DNA from: Malacoraja senta
Taxonomy: Eukaryota
Reading direction: 5' to 3'
Length of the DNA: 64,000 nt
Assembly (NCBI GenBank): GCA_038087875.1
Contig: JAXLNO010000548.1
Span: 1-64,000, forward strand
The notes under the pieces are model-generated. The model made no database searches. It was not told the origin of the DNA and worked only from the letters and a program-made list of their open reading frames with translations. This document shows positions 37,248-49,602 of this stretch, one piece after another. Position 1 is the first letter of the stretch; each line of letters starts with the position of its first letter. Both the position numbers and the translations under genes were made by a program.

Positions 37248-38559
37248 TGATCATACGCTGAATAACCATATTTTTGTTTGGAAGTGGAAAGAGATAATAT
37301 AAATTGCATTCATTGCAACGTGTAAACAGAGATGAGATACTGTATTGTAATTTTGATGCATGTCATTGTGGTATATATCATGTCTTCATTGGTGAATATG
37401 TTTAGTTTGTGACTTTATTTGAAGCAGAAATAATATGTGAATGTTTCATTGACCATAATTCTGACTGGTATCTACGCACTTCATCCGAGCACATTATCGC
37501 ACGCGTCATGCAAGCCATCTTAAATGACCACCTAAGCTGTCATTTGGCAACCTAAAAAGCTGCCGAGGTTGCCCGGCTGGCAACAGGGAAAAAAAGTTAA
37601 GCGAGAGCCCTGCAACACTATCTCTTGTGTTGTTACGTCTCTGGAACTAAGTGGTAGCTGCGCTTAACTGTTGTAGCATAACTGTTTATGCTGAACAATT
37701 CATGAAAAAAGTCTAAAAAGGATTAAAAAACAAGTGATTCCAGCATGTTGAAAGATAATTGGGACTGATACGTAATGGGTGGCACTGCGACACAATTCCA
37801 GTGACGAGGGTTCGATCACATCTTGAAACAGAAAATCTTAAACTGAGGCAGGCGCCTCTACTTCATCAATCCAGTGCTGTTATGACACTGGGCCTTAACA
37901 TGAGAATATGAGAAATTGGGTATTTCCTTGGGGCAAAATCAGACTTTTCAGAGACTTGGAAGCTGCAAGATAGTCCTGAAATGTGGTGGATCTCTGCGTG
38001 CTTTTCCAGAAGAGGACGAATTGTACTTATGTACAGTATGACTTGACTGGAGAGAATGCAGAACAACCATTTCACTGCAGATAGACACAAAAAGCTGGAG
38101 TAACTCAGCGGGACAGGCAGCATCTCTGGAGAGAAGGGACGGGGTGTCCAGCATCTGCTGTTCCATCCGAACCATTTCACTGCATCTCTGCATGCATGAA
38201 ATTAAACAGAGTTATATAAAATGCAGACATACTGCAGTACTCAAGTAGGTCAGGCTGTCCTGATTTGGCAGGTGGATAACTTAACTGTAATTAAAAAAAA
38301 CACAAAAACGTGCAGGTGTAACTCAGTGGTTCAGGCAGCATCTGGAAGACATGGTTACGTAATGTTTCAGCTTGGGATCCTGCTTCATACTTCTTGCATC
38401 TTGTCTTTCTGTCTTCAACTTAACAGTTGAAATGACCAGTTCTTTTATCGACAGGGAATGCAACTCGTTGAATGTGGAATTGAGTTTGAAAGGCTGCAAC
38501 ATGTCCAGACAGAAGCTGAGTTGTTGGTCCTCAAGGCTACTTTCACCCTTGTTATCCTA

Positions 38560-39030
38560 GTGTAAGAGGTACAGATGGATGGATCATGGTGGGTGTTGAA
38601 TGGAGAATTAGAGTGGCAGGAATTAGGAATCTTAGAAAGTCCCATGGATTGAATGCGGGTTCTCCAGAAAGCAGCCATTCTATTTGTTTCATTGATGCGT
38701 TGTGGAAGATTACGTAATGAAAACTAAATGTAGTAGATTTGACTGGAAGTGCTTGTGTTTCACGCTGTTTCACTTTGAAGAACTGCCTGGGTCTATGGAA
38801 AGTGGTAAATGGATGGATGTTGCTTGCACCAAGACAGGAAAGTAGAGGAAAGTTGTGGGGATAGTAGACAGACCAGGGAGCGAAAAAGGGAATGACTACT
38901 TCAAAATATAGAATGGGGATCAGGGCAGGAGGGGAGGGAGAAATGGATTGACTAATTGAATCAGATTTAAACTGGGAGGAAGTATTCAACATGGAGGCTG
39001 GAGGAGTGGAAAACATATCCCTCCCCTGTC
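38560..39030 (-). mobile_element. Degenerate Penelope-like fragment
   Basis: Remnant FHRPRQFFKVKQR and GMN-type motifs resembling the copies at 37.0 and 43.5 kb. Confidence 0.45.
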
Positions 39031-39127
39031 CAATGAGAATATATAGAACATAGAACAGTACAAGAACAGGACTTTCAGCCTGCAATGTCCATGTGGAACA
39101 GGATACCAAGTTAAACTGAGGCAAAAC

Positions 39128-39400
39128 AGAGGCACAGTGATAGAATGGCTGTCTTACAGCATTAGAGACCCGGGTTCGAGCCTGACTAGAGTGCTGTCTG
39201 GACGGAGTTTGTACGTTCTCTCTGTCACCCTGTGGGTTTTCTCTGGGGGCTCCGGTTTCCTCCCAAATACAAAAGACATGCAGGTTAATTGGCTTCTGTA
39301 AATTGTCCCTAGCGTGTAGGACAGAAATAGTGAATGGGCAATTGCTGGTCAGTGTGGACTCAGTGGCCCAAGGTTCCTGTTTCTCTAAACTAAACCAAAA
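39128..39400 (+). mobile_element. V-SINE
   Basis: Same body and (ctaaa)n tail. Confidence 0.7.
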
Positions 39401-39689
39401 CTAATCTCCACTGCCTGCATGTGATCCATATCCTTGTATTCCCTGCATACCCACGAGCCTGTCCAAAACTTTCTTAAGCACCATTATCATTTCCTCCTCT
39501 ACCACCACTCCTGGTAGCGCATTCTAGGTATCAAGCTCTCTCTGTGCAAAAAAACACTTGACCTGCACATCTCGTGTAAATTTTGCCCTTCGAAGCTTAA
39601 CGCTGTGCTCTTTTGAGATGTGTGATAGACATGCAATCCCATTAGGGGCTGTCAACTGTGGTCAAGAAAATCCATGGTTAACTAATATG

Positions 39690-41680
39690 AAAGACATCAA
39701 TTGCATTTTCTCCCTGTCAAACAGGGATGTAATGCTGAGGTTCTATAAGGCACCAGTCAAGCCACATTTGGAGCATTGTGAGCAATTTTGGGCACCATAT
39801 CTGAGGAAGGATGTGCTGGCTCTGGAGAGGGTCCAGAGGAGTACAAGAATGATCCCAGGAATGAATGGGTTAACATATGATGACCATTTGATGTCAGTGG
39901 GCCTGTACTTGCTGGAGTTTAGAAGCATAAGGGGGGACCTCATTGAATCATACAAAATAGTGAAAGACTGTTTGCTTTTGAAATTGGTTCGATTATGTTT
40001 GCTCCCACAAAATTGCATTAAAAAACCTATAGTGAAAATCATATAATATATAGTGGTATACGAATTTGGAAACAATTAAAAAATACTTTAAAATTGGATA
40101 ATTTATCACTCTGTCTCCCCATTATAAACAACCCTTTATTCAAACCTTCCATGTTGGATAAAGGCTTTACACAATGGAAAAATTATGGCATTAAAAAGAT
40201 GGGTCATCTTTATAGGAAAGGCACTTTTCTTTCATTTCAGGAGTTACAACAGATTTACGGACTACACTCAAATAACTTTTTCAGATATTTACAACTTAGA
40301 GATTACATTAAATCAAATACACAAGATTACAGAACTAGGGAACCAGAAATCCTTGATGAATGTTTGAATAAACATCCTAATACAGAAAAATTAATATCTC
40401 ATATTTATAATACCCTCTTAGATAGTGAGGTCCTGCCAACGGATTTATATAGACACACATGGGAAAATGAATTAGGCCAACCCATAACGAAAGATATTTG
40501 GGACGAAAGTCTACAATATATACATCAATGCTCGTTAAATGCCAGACATGCCTTAATACAATTTAAAGTATTACATAGATTACATTATTCTTAAACAAAA
40601 TTAAATAGAATCTTCCCACATATCTCTCCTATTTGTGATAAATGCCAGCATTTAGAGGCTAACCTTTGTAAATTGTACAAAAATCAAAAATTTCTGGAAG
40701 GACATTTTCAGAATAATTTCTGAAGTAGTCAATACCCAATTGGATCCCGACTCAAAACTAATAATATTAGGAATATCAGAACAAAGCCTAAGACTTACAA
40801 TAAACCAAAGAAGCTTTCTTGATTATAGTATAATAATTGGGAAAAAATTAATATTAAAATTTTGGAAAGGTCCTATAAACCCCACAATTAAAATGTGGAT
40901 TATGGAAATGTCAGAGACCTTACATTTGGAAAGAACTAGACTTGTCTTAATTGACAAACATGAATTATTTAATGGAATATGGTCTCCATGTATTGATTTT
41001 TTGAAAGGGTAAATTGGTTCAGCATGGGAATCTGACTGAAATCCAAGCTCAGGATTAGATGAATAGTTATGCTTTATAACCTACGGACCTATCTCCAAAG
41101 TTGTATTATTGGTAAATTATTCCATTCTTCTTTATCATGCTTTTAAATTTCTCACTTTCTATCTATAAAACAAAACTAAATAGAAGCTGATTTAATATAC
41201 AATTGATAAAGGAGGACCACTATTATTTTGATAGCTGGACTCCCACCTATTAGCAAAGTAGGATTGATATATAAGAAATGTTTGTATTATGATATGCACA
41301 TGCTTCTAATAAAAATATTTAAAATAAATTTAAAAAATAGTGAAAGGCTTGGATAGATGTGGATGTGGAGAGGATGTCTCCAATGGTGGGAGAGTCTACG
41401 ATGAGAGGTCATAGTCTCAATATTAAAGGACATTCCTTTAGGAAAGAGATGAGGAGGAATTTATTTTGTCAGAGGGTGGTGATTCTGTGGAATTATTTGC
41501 CACAGAAGGCTGTGGAGTCCGTCAATGGATATTTTGAATTCTTGATTAGTATGCACGTCAGGGGTTATGGGGAGAAGGCAGGAGAATGGGGTTAGGAGGG
41601 AGAGATAGATCAGCCATGATTGACGGGCGAAGTCGACTTGATGGGCCGAATGTTCTAATGCTGCAGCCATCACTTATGAC
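39690..41680 (+). mobile_element. CR1 3' fragment interrupted by an L1 insertion
   Basis: VMLRFYKAPVKPHLEHCEQFW...GDLIESYKIVK resumes as 'gtgaaaggcttggatag' at 41340. Confidence 0.8.
39967..41333 (+). mobile_element. 5'-truncated L1/Tx1-type LINE (ORF2 C-terminus + 3' UTR)
   Basis: FRYLQLR, NARHALIQFKVLHR, CDKC; A-rich tail; 13-bp TSD aaaatagtgaaag at 39954-39966 and 41334-41346. Confidence 0.85.
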
Positions 41681-42000
41681 CTTATGACTCAGTTGGCTTC
41701 CTCCATGTGCTCCAATTTTGTCCCATATACCAAAGACGTGCCAGTGAGTTAGTTGGACATTGCAAATTATCCGTCGTGGAGCTGAATGTAAGGAGAATCC
41801 GAGGGAGCTGAGTGCAAGTTGTGAGAGAGAGCAGTGGAACGGTTTGTCGACATTGCATAGAAAACTAGCATAGAATCAATGGGCCGAATGACCTTTCCCT
41901 CTGTCATGATTGGGTCAGAGATAATATTACTCATTGCCTCAGAGTGAAATATTACTCATTGCCTACCATCACAAAACAACATCCTTTGTTCTGAACTCAC

Positions 42001-42274
42001 CTTTTCTGGTCAGGTATGTCTTTCCAATTGCATAGTATGTAAGCCATAGATCCACACAGTCATGTTCTAACAAGCTCTTGAAATAACGCTTCATTTTTTC
42101 ATTCTTGTCCCATTTCTCTTTGAAGCTCAGCTATTGGATCATGCACCGTCCACTTTAGTTTGTCCTTATCAAAACTAAATGCATATCTTCCATCAAAAGC
42201 CAACTTCAATATCCCTACAGTGGGACTGTGATCGTCCACCTCACAACCAAACTGTCCTTGAACGTAGTGATAAT
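42001..42274 (-). CDS. MHC class I alpha2 exon with a 2-nt frameshift near 42122
   Basis: tttcag|AT TAT CAC...AGA AAA G|gtgagt; YHYVQGQFGC...AFDGR...KWTVHDPIAEL[c]KEKWDKNE...LLEHDCVDLWLTYYAIGKTYLTRK; 274 nt versus the usual 276. Confidence 0.9.
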
Positions 42275-42439
42275 CTGAAATAAAAATAAAAATCATTATT
42301 TGATTAATTGTTATGACTGGGTAATTTCTGAACACCAGGGTACAAGTTATTTATATATGTCACAAGTAGCAAGGGTCACAGCATAGATCCCTGTGACAAC
42401 TCTACTTGTCACTGAACTACAGCCTGAATATTTGGCCTT

Positions 42440-42890
42440 CCGTACAACTGTAGAGACCATATTATTGTATGGGTGTGATGCATGGACTCTCACTCCAGCA
42501 CTGTCCTAGTCTCTTGATGGTACCTACACCCGAATGCTCGGAAAAGTTTAAAATGTCAGATGGAGGGACCACATCACCAACGCCCAGCTCTATGGGGAGA
42601 ATCCACCTCTGACCGAGAAGATCACGTTGAGAAGGATGAGGCTCGCAGGTCACTGGCTCCGTTACCCAGAAATGCCAGCGAACAAGGTTGTGCTGTGGGA
42701 ACCCACCCATGGAAGACTTGACCCAGGATGGCCAATCAAGATGATGGTGAAGACGTTGATGGAAGACGCATGTGTAGAGATAAAAAAGGCGCTTGCCAGT
42801 TGCATGAAGGAGAGATGTGTGGTGCATCCGTCACCGTGCTCGTCGGAAACCAGCACGGCACTAATGTTTTCAATGATTATTATTATCATC
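42440..42890 (+). mobile_element. RTE-type LINE 3' fragment
   Basis: LLYGCDAWTLT...LDGTYTRML...W.DHITN..LY...RRMRLAGHW; (att)n tail. Confidence 0.75.
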
Positions 42891-43014
42891 CACTACACCC
42901 CTCTGTCCTGAGGATTTATCCACATTTCTCTTCAAGTGATCCAACATCTCCTTCTTGCTTAACTTCAAAGTGTCCCTGCATGTTAGCATTCTCCACATTG
43001 ATTCTCCATGTGTA

Positions 43015-43830
43015 AGAAAGAACTGCAGATGCTGCAGATGTTAAAATCGAAGAGAGACACAAAATGCTGGCGTAACTCAGCGGGTCAGGCAGCTTCCCTG
43101 GAGAGATGGAATGGGCATCGTTTTGGGTCGAGACCCTTCTTCATACTGATGTCAGGGGAGGGACAAAGATAGAATGTCGGCGGAGACAGTAAGACTGGTG
43201 GGAGAATTGGGAAGGGGGAGGGGATGGAGAGAGAAATCAAGGGCTATCGAAAGTTATAGAAGTCAATGTTCATACCGCTGGAGTATAGGCTACCAAAGCG
43301 AAATATGAGGTGCTGTTCCTCCAATTTGTGCTGGGCCACACTCTGACAATGGAGGAGGCCCAGAACAGAAAGGTCAGATTGGGAATGGGAGGGGGAGTTG
43401 AAGTGCTGAGCCACCGGGAGATCGGGTAGGGTAAGACGGACTGAGGGGAAGTGTTCAGCAAAACGATCGCCGAGCCTGCGCTTGGTCTCACTGATGTAGA
43501 GAAGTTGACAACTGAAACAGTGGATACAGTAGATGAGGTTGGAAGAGGTGCAAGTGAACTTCTGCCTCACCTGGAAAGACTTTTGGTCCTTGGACGGAGT
43601 CGAGGGGGGACGTAAAGGGACAGGTGTTGCATCTCCGGCGGTTGCAGGGGAAAGTAGCCGGGGAGCGGGTGGTTTGGGTGTGAAGGGACAAGTTGACATG
43701 GGAGTTTCGGAGGGAACGGTCTCTGCGGAAAGCAGAAAGGGGTGGAGATGGGAAGATGTGATCAGTAGTGGGATCCCGTTGGAGGTGGCAAAAATGATGG
43801 AGGATTTTATGATGTACGTACTATTAATAG
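43015..43830 (-). mobile_element. Penelope-like element 3' portion (GIY-YIG endonuclease + terminal repeat)
   Basis: QKFTCTSSNLIYCIHCFSCQLLYISETKRRLGDRFAEH...HFNSPSH...KLEEQHLIFRFGSL. Confidence 0.88.
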
Positions 43831-44099
43831 TCCTTACTATTCTCCATGTCTTCCTTGGTGAAACCAAACCTCGCCTATATCCACAAACTCCAAGCACATA
43901 TTCCCTTCTATATCCTTAAGCAATCCACCTTTTGCTGCAATGGTTGCCTCGCCAACAGTATGTCTGTCCCTTCCTTCTTTGTGTCCATTTTGTATGTGTT
44001 AAATGTATATTCTTTCGTGTTCTTTTGCTTGTTTTGGGGGGGGGGGGGTTGGGGGAGTTGTGGGAAACTTTTCCTAATCTCTTACCTCGACGTTGATGC

Positions 44100-44630
44100 G
44101 ATATTTTCTGTATCGTATCTCCGTCCACAATGCGGCCTAACATTGAGGAATGGCGGCCTTTGCTAGAGATCGACCGGGAGATCCATCGCAGGAGCCTGTG
44201 GACTTACCATCATGGAGCTCGCGATCCCTGTCGGGGATCGACTTTAGGGCTCCAACTGTGAGAGCCTGCAAGACTTTAACATCGCGGAGCCCGCGGTCCC
44301 AGGTCGAGACCGACATCCGGGACCTCCAAGCCGCAGGAGTTTCGACCGCTCCGACCGCTCCGATGTGGGAGTTTCGATTCCCCAATGGGGGTTTCGACCA
44401 CCGACTGCAGATTGTTTGACTGCCCCGACCGCAGGAGATAAAGAGGAAGGAGATTAGACTTTATTGCCTTCCATCACAGTGAGGAACGTGCGGGCTCCTC
44501 TGTTGTGGATGTTTATGTTAACTTTTATGTTATTGTGTGTCTTGTTGCTTTTTTTAGTATGGTGTATGGTAGTCTGCATTTCAATGTACCTTAATTGGTA
44601 TATGTGACAATAAACTAACCATGAAACCTT
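44100..44630 (+). mobile_element. Unclassified CpG-rich non-autonomous retroelement with a Rex-type 3' tail
   Basis: Shares gtggacttaccatc, gggacctccaagccgcag and ttgccttc..cacagtga with 47190-47665; ends gtgacaataaa...ttgaa. Confidence 0.55.
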
Positions 44631-44839
44631 GAAAAAGATGTGGGATTTTCTGTAATCCGACTCACTAAAGCCACTTTGTGGCCTTTATTAGCCCCTTTAA
44701 TTTTAAGCTTTAGAGCAGTTGTTCTTAATCTTTTTGGCCCCACGACCCCATCGGGCATTCTTGATCAGTACCATGACCTCTGAAACAAAATTTGAAAAAA
44801 AACAGCCCGATTTATTAAAACATGTCTGCCAATGCTCAG

Positions 44840-46578
44840 TCAATGGGATGGCTGAAATTGCTTCCCAGTCATCAGGCAATCAAAACATGGACGAATGCTC
44901 GACAGGCAGCATCTCATGTCAGTGTCGATCACAAGCCTATTGCGTACCTTCGTTTTCAGAGTTACCATAGTTGAGAATCCACCCTCACAGTGAGAGGTTG
45001 AGGGGGACTGGACCAATAGGGTCAGGGCCCTCTTCGAAAGAGCAGGACAGTCCTTCACTTTCAGCCAAAACGTGGCGAGCTCTTGTTCCATGAAGTCACT
45101 CTTGAGCTGCGCATCTTCACAAATTCGGTAAAATTCAACCTTTGCTGTCACATCAGTATCACTGATGCCACCGCCTTCAACGGAAAAGGGTCGGAAGATC
45201 CACTGATCACGAGAGCGGTCGTCCAGTCCGGGGAAATAACGTTCGATGGCTTCACTAATTGCCAGAAGGTGGGTTGAGATCTCCTCATGGAAGTGGCATT
45301 CAGCATCAGGCGTAGCATCCAGGAGAGTCATCATCTCAGGGAAGATATCCGTGTCACCGTCCTGGAATCTTCTCTGGTAAAGGTTCCTCCTGAATGCTGT
45401 CACTTTGCCATTGGGAGGTTTCCTTGAAGTGACAGGTTCAAGGAATTCACCTCAGCGAAGAAGTCAGCCAAGTAAGCAACCTTCATCACGAACAGTTCAA
45501 CCTGCATCTTTTCATGAAGCTGATTCTCCTTCTCAGTACCCCTTCTCTCCAAGAACAGCGCTATTTCCTCTCAACGTTGAATCACATGATTGAGAAATTT
45601 ACCAGTGCGAAAGCCAGCGCACCTCTGTGTGGAATAACAGAATAGTGAAATCGGCGCCCATTTCTTCACACATCGCTTTGAAGATTCTTGAGTTTGTTGC
45701 ACTCTCTCGGATGTGGTTCACAATCTTCACCACATCTGAAAGCACTTCTCGAAGACCAAGAGGGAGAGTCTTCATCACTAAAGCATGGTGATGTATCATG
45801 CAGTGGGTGAAGGAGACATGGGGAGCGACATCCTTCACGAAGGCTTGGAAACCGGATCTGCAGCTGACCATGGAAGGTGCCCCAACTGTACACATCCCGA
45901 CAAGGCATTCCCACCAAGCTCATGTTTGATGAGGAAGGCTTCCAGCATTCTGAACACATCTTCTCCCCGAGTGGTAGTAGCCAATGGGTCCGAGAACAGG
46001 TACTCCTCCGCATGGCTTCTCCATTGAGGTAATGAACGTAGACTAGCAGTTGGGAACATGAGGCAACATCTGTTGACTCTCCCAGTTGCAGTGAATACAC
46101 TGGACTGCTCGTCACAGCCCTCACTACTTGTAGCAGAATATCATTACTCATATCCGAGATTCAACTTTTGACTGTGTCATTCAAAAGGGAAATCTGCCTG
46201 AACTTGTTTGACTGCTCTTCCCCCAGCACCAACTTCGCTGTTTCGAGAAGGCGTGGCTTGATAAGCTCTGTGCGATTCGATAAGCAATCCGGTATGAAGC
46301 CTCCAACGCTGCTTCATTTTGATGAGCACAGTTACCCATTGAATAGATGTGGGATCCCTTGAGTACGGCTTCTTTTCGTTTGAAATAGTCCCCGCTCTTC
46401 CCCGCCAGGTTACTGTGACAAGACTCCAAATGGATCTTCAGTTTGCTGGGCTTCATGCTCTCGTGACTCAAAACCTTGGCACAGAGAACACATCGCGGCT
46501 TGACCACGGATTTTGAACAATGCTTGTGAAGCCCAACTTGAGAAATGTTTCACTATACGTGCGCGTCTTGGAAGACAT
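44840..46578 (-). pseudogene. Frameshifted Charlie/ZBED5-like hAT transposase
   Basis: MSSKTRTYSETFLKLGF, PRCVLC...MKPSKLKIHL (BED finger), LQLGESTD, THCMIHHHAL, FHTEVRWLS, CEGGFS; split across 4 or more frames. Confidence 0.88.
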
Positions 46579-47189
46579 GGTTCACAACACACACTGTTTG
46601 TGCGTGTATACGCAGGGCCTCACAGGAATTTTATCAGTGGGTACAAAGTTTATTTTGGGCCTCATTCCCTTCTCCATTAGTCATCCTGTTTTTATCCACT
46701 ATGCTACAGTTTTATGCCATGAGCTGGAGCCTGCACGGCAAAAAGGGGTATGGAAGATGAGAGAGGGGTGGGATGGGGCGCTCTGTTGATTTTCTGCATT
46801 TGAGGCCTTATGTCCCTATACACCCTCCATGATAAATATAAATAAGTATAAATAACATAAAAGGATCAGAAAGCTCATTGGTTTTCCTTCACTCTATTGA
46901 TGCTGCCTCACCCGTTGAGTTTCTCCAGCATTTAATCTAGCTTTGTTTTGAACATCTTTGTTTATGCTACAATACAGATAAGGAGAAAGAATTCACATTG
47001 AAACATCTTTTTATGTTTCAATGCAGTTCATATCAACAAAAGACATAATTATTTGTAAAAAGTAAAAGATTTATTATATAAATTTATTTTATATAAAGAG
47101 GTTTCCTGGCCTTTTTTTGTGAAAAATGTCAAATCACAGCATAAAAATGTATTGTTCTGGCAATGTATGATTCAATACTATTGATTCAA

Positions 47190-47665
47190 TACGTTGACAC
47201 CGTGGAGCTGTGGTCTGCGGAGCTTCTAACCGCGGGCGTGGCGTGGACTTACCATCCGGATCCTGGGATCCCTCGCCGGGGATCACCAGAGACGAGCTCG
47301 AACCGCTGGCTCACATCCTGAAGCTGCGGTCTCCAGCAGGAAAGTGCCGAGTCGGGACCTCCAAGCCGCAGAGTGTGTTTGTCCGTCCCAACGTCGGAGT
47401 TTGGATCATCCCGACGAGAGGGCCTTGTACATCGGGCCGTCCCTGGATGCGACTACGGAGGGGTTATGGCTCCGAACACGGGTGAACAAAGGAGGAAGAC
47501 TGGCTGAAACTTGTTGCCTTCTACCACAGTGAAAAATGCTGTAGTGGATGTTTGTGTTCAATTTTATTGTGTATTGTGTGTTCTTTTTACGTGTATCACT
47601 GCTGGCAAATTCACTTCACTGCACCTTCGGGTGTATGTGATGAATAAAACTGACTTTAACTTTGA
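47190..47665 (+). mobile_element. Second copy of the CpG-rich retroelement family
   Basis: Motifs shared with 44100-44630; tail 'gaataaaactgactttaactttgaa'. Confidence 0.55.
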
Positions 47666-48336
47666 ATACTTAGCCTGGCCAAATCCACAAGACGTTCATG
47701 AGACATTGTCGACCTTAATCAGCTTGAGTTTGCTAAATGACCTCTCTGCAGAAGCTACTGTTGCTGGAATTGTTAATAGTATTCTGAAGCTAACACAAAC
47801 ATTTGGAAACAGGTTACCAAGTCAATAGTCTGTTAACAAGTTCAACAGATCTAATGGTTTTAACTTCATTTATAAAATACACCCTCCCACTAACACACAC
47901 ATACACTCAGACACACACTCACTCACCTACTCACATACACCCACACACATACACACACCCTCACCCACGCACTCAGCCACACACATCCACACACATACAC
48001 ACACCCTCACCCACTCACTCACACACACCCATCCACACACTGACCCAAACCCAGGCCCGGACCACTGAAACAGACGCGGCTGCCGACTCTCACCACCTCC
48101 CCGGGCGAGGCCACCGCAGCCACTGTCGCCGACCTTCACTGTCTTCAGAAAGCCAATGATGCTGCTGCCCATATCTCTACTCCAGCTCCCCACGGGCCTC
48201 CACCAGCGACTCTGCCGACCCTCGCCTCTCCACCGGCCACCAGCGGGCCAGACCCAGTCACCTCACCAGAGTTCCCAGCATAGCACCAGGCCCACAACCT
48301 AAACCATGCAGACAGCACATGGTCTGATTGCTGGCT

Positions 48337-48580
48337 CCTAGTGCTCCCCCCCTCCCTCCCTCCTACAGGGAAGACCCATCAATAGTGATGACTCTGCTGG
48401 GTCCTAGTGCTCTCCCCCCTCCTTCTCCTACAGGGAAGATCCATCAGTAGTGATGACTCTGCTGGGTCCTAGTGCTCTCCCCCCTCCTTGTCCTACAGGG
48501 AAGATCCATCAGTAGTGATGACTCTGTTGGGTCCTAGTGCTCTCCCTCCTCCTACAGGGAAGACCCATGAGTAGTGATGG
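48337..48580 (+). repeat. ~65-bp minisatellite (about 3.7 copies)
   Basis: Unit cctagtgctc...cctacagggaagatccatcagtagtgatgactctgctgggt starting at 48337, 48403, 48468, 48533. Confidence 0.9.
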
Positions 48581-49602
48581 TTCTTCCCCTTCCCCCTCTT
48601 TTAATCAGGTTACCCCGACCACACACCCGCCAGTTAAAATTCCCTGCTATATTATGGATCACAATTTCTACGAATTACGATATATAAAACTCTGAAGGCA
48701 CAAAATGTGAATGCTAGTCTTCACAAAATATATGCAAACATTTTCTGAGATTTCACGAAATTCCCACCCCCCCTCCTTCAGCTCCCGGGCTCCTATTGGA
48801 CTCTGGGCCCGGGTACGATGTACCCCCTGCACCCCCCTCTCATAGGCCCTGTGTATACGTACGCGCATTCGTGAACAAAATACTGTGTGTGGTATGTACC
48901 TTTGTTAGGTTCCTCAAAATAGGCTCAACAAATTGATGTTCTTTACAACCCCTTCATGACCCCCGGAAAACCCCCAAGTGACCCCCATGGGGGTCATGAC
49001 CCCCAGGTTAAGAACCACTGCTTTGGAGATACATTGCTGAAACAGGCCCTTCAGCCCATACTAGGGACAATTTACAATTATACCAAGCCAATTTACCTAC
49101 ATCTCAGAGAAAAGCCACACAGGTTACGGGGAGAACATGCAAACTCCGTACAGTCACCACTCGTAGTCAGGTTCAAACCCGGGTCTCAGGTGCTGCAAGG
49201 CAGCAACTCGTGTAAGGCCACGATCTCTTGGCTTTGCTTATAGTTATTATCATGTTTTATCTTCTATTGTGTTCTTTTTGCTTATTGCATATAAACAAAT
49301 GTAAAGCTGCACATAAGGTTGGATCTTTTCGAGGCCCGAGCTGCCCCATCTTTTACCACAAAAGTGCTTCCTATATTTAGAGAAACATAGATATAATAAG
49401 GCTCACCCCTCATGGGCATTGAAGGCTTTCTCTAAAATATGGAGACCATTAAGCTGTTCACTGCCAAGTTTATTTTTCACTATTGGCCATGATCCTTAGT
49501 GTACTCGGCGGTGGCATTGAACAGGTTAAAGATATCCAGTGATTGAACAGGTTAAAGATATCCAGTGATGTGTAGCTGCGCTACCCTTCCTTGGTATTTT
49601 TA

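Larger units (their letters stand above)
32081..37612. mobile_element. Non-autonomous hAT-like DNA transposon hosting nested CR1, SINE and Penelope insertions
   Basis: TIR cagggctc...gagccctg; subterminal ggcaacc/ttgcccgg motifs at both ends; flanked by caaca/caaca. Confidence 0.7.
46613..48851. mobile_element. Second hAT-type element inserted just upstream of the Charlie transposase start
   Basis: cagggcct...aggccctg termini; perfect 8-bp TSD tgtatacg at 46605-46612 and 48852-48859. Confidence 0.8.
44716..49020 (-). mobile_element. hAT-Charlie-type DNA transposon with nested insertions
   Basis: TIRs cagttgttcttaatct / cagtggttcttaacct; TSD ctttagag / ctttggag (7 of 8 match). Confidence 0.85.

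Noticed and set aside
44840-46578. Domesticated ZBED/FAM200-like host gene
   Set aside because: Multiple frameshifts and deletions, and retained TIRs and TSD, indicate a fossil transposon
48337-48580. CRISPR-like repeat array
   Set aside because: Head-to-tail near-identical 65-bp units without unique spacers in vertebrate DNA; an ordinary minisatellite
49516-49567. Perfect 26-bp tandem duplication
   Set aside because: Two copies only; an ordinary local slippage event with no evident function
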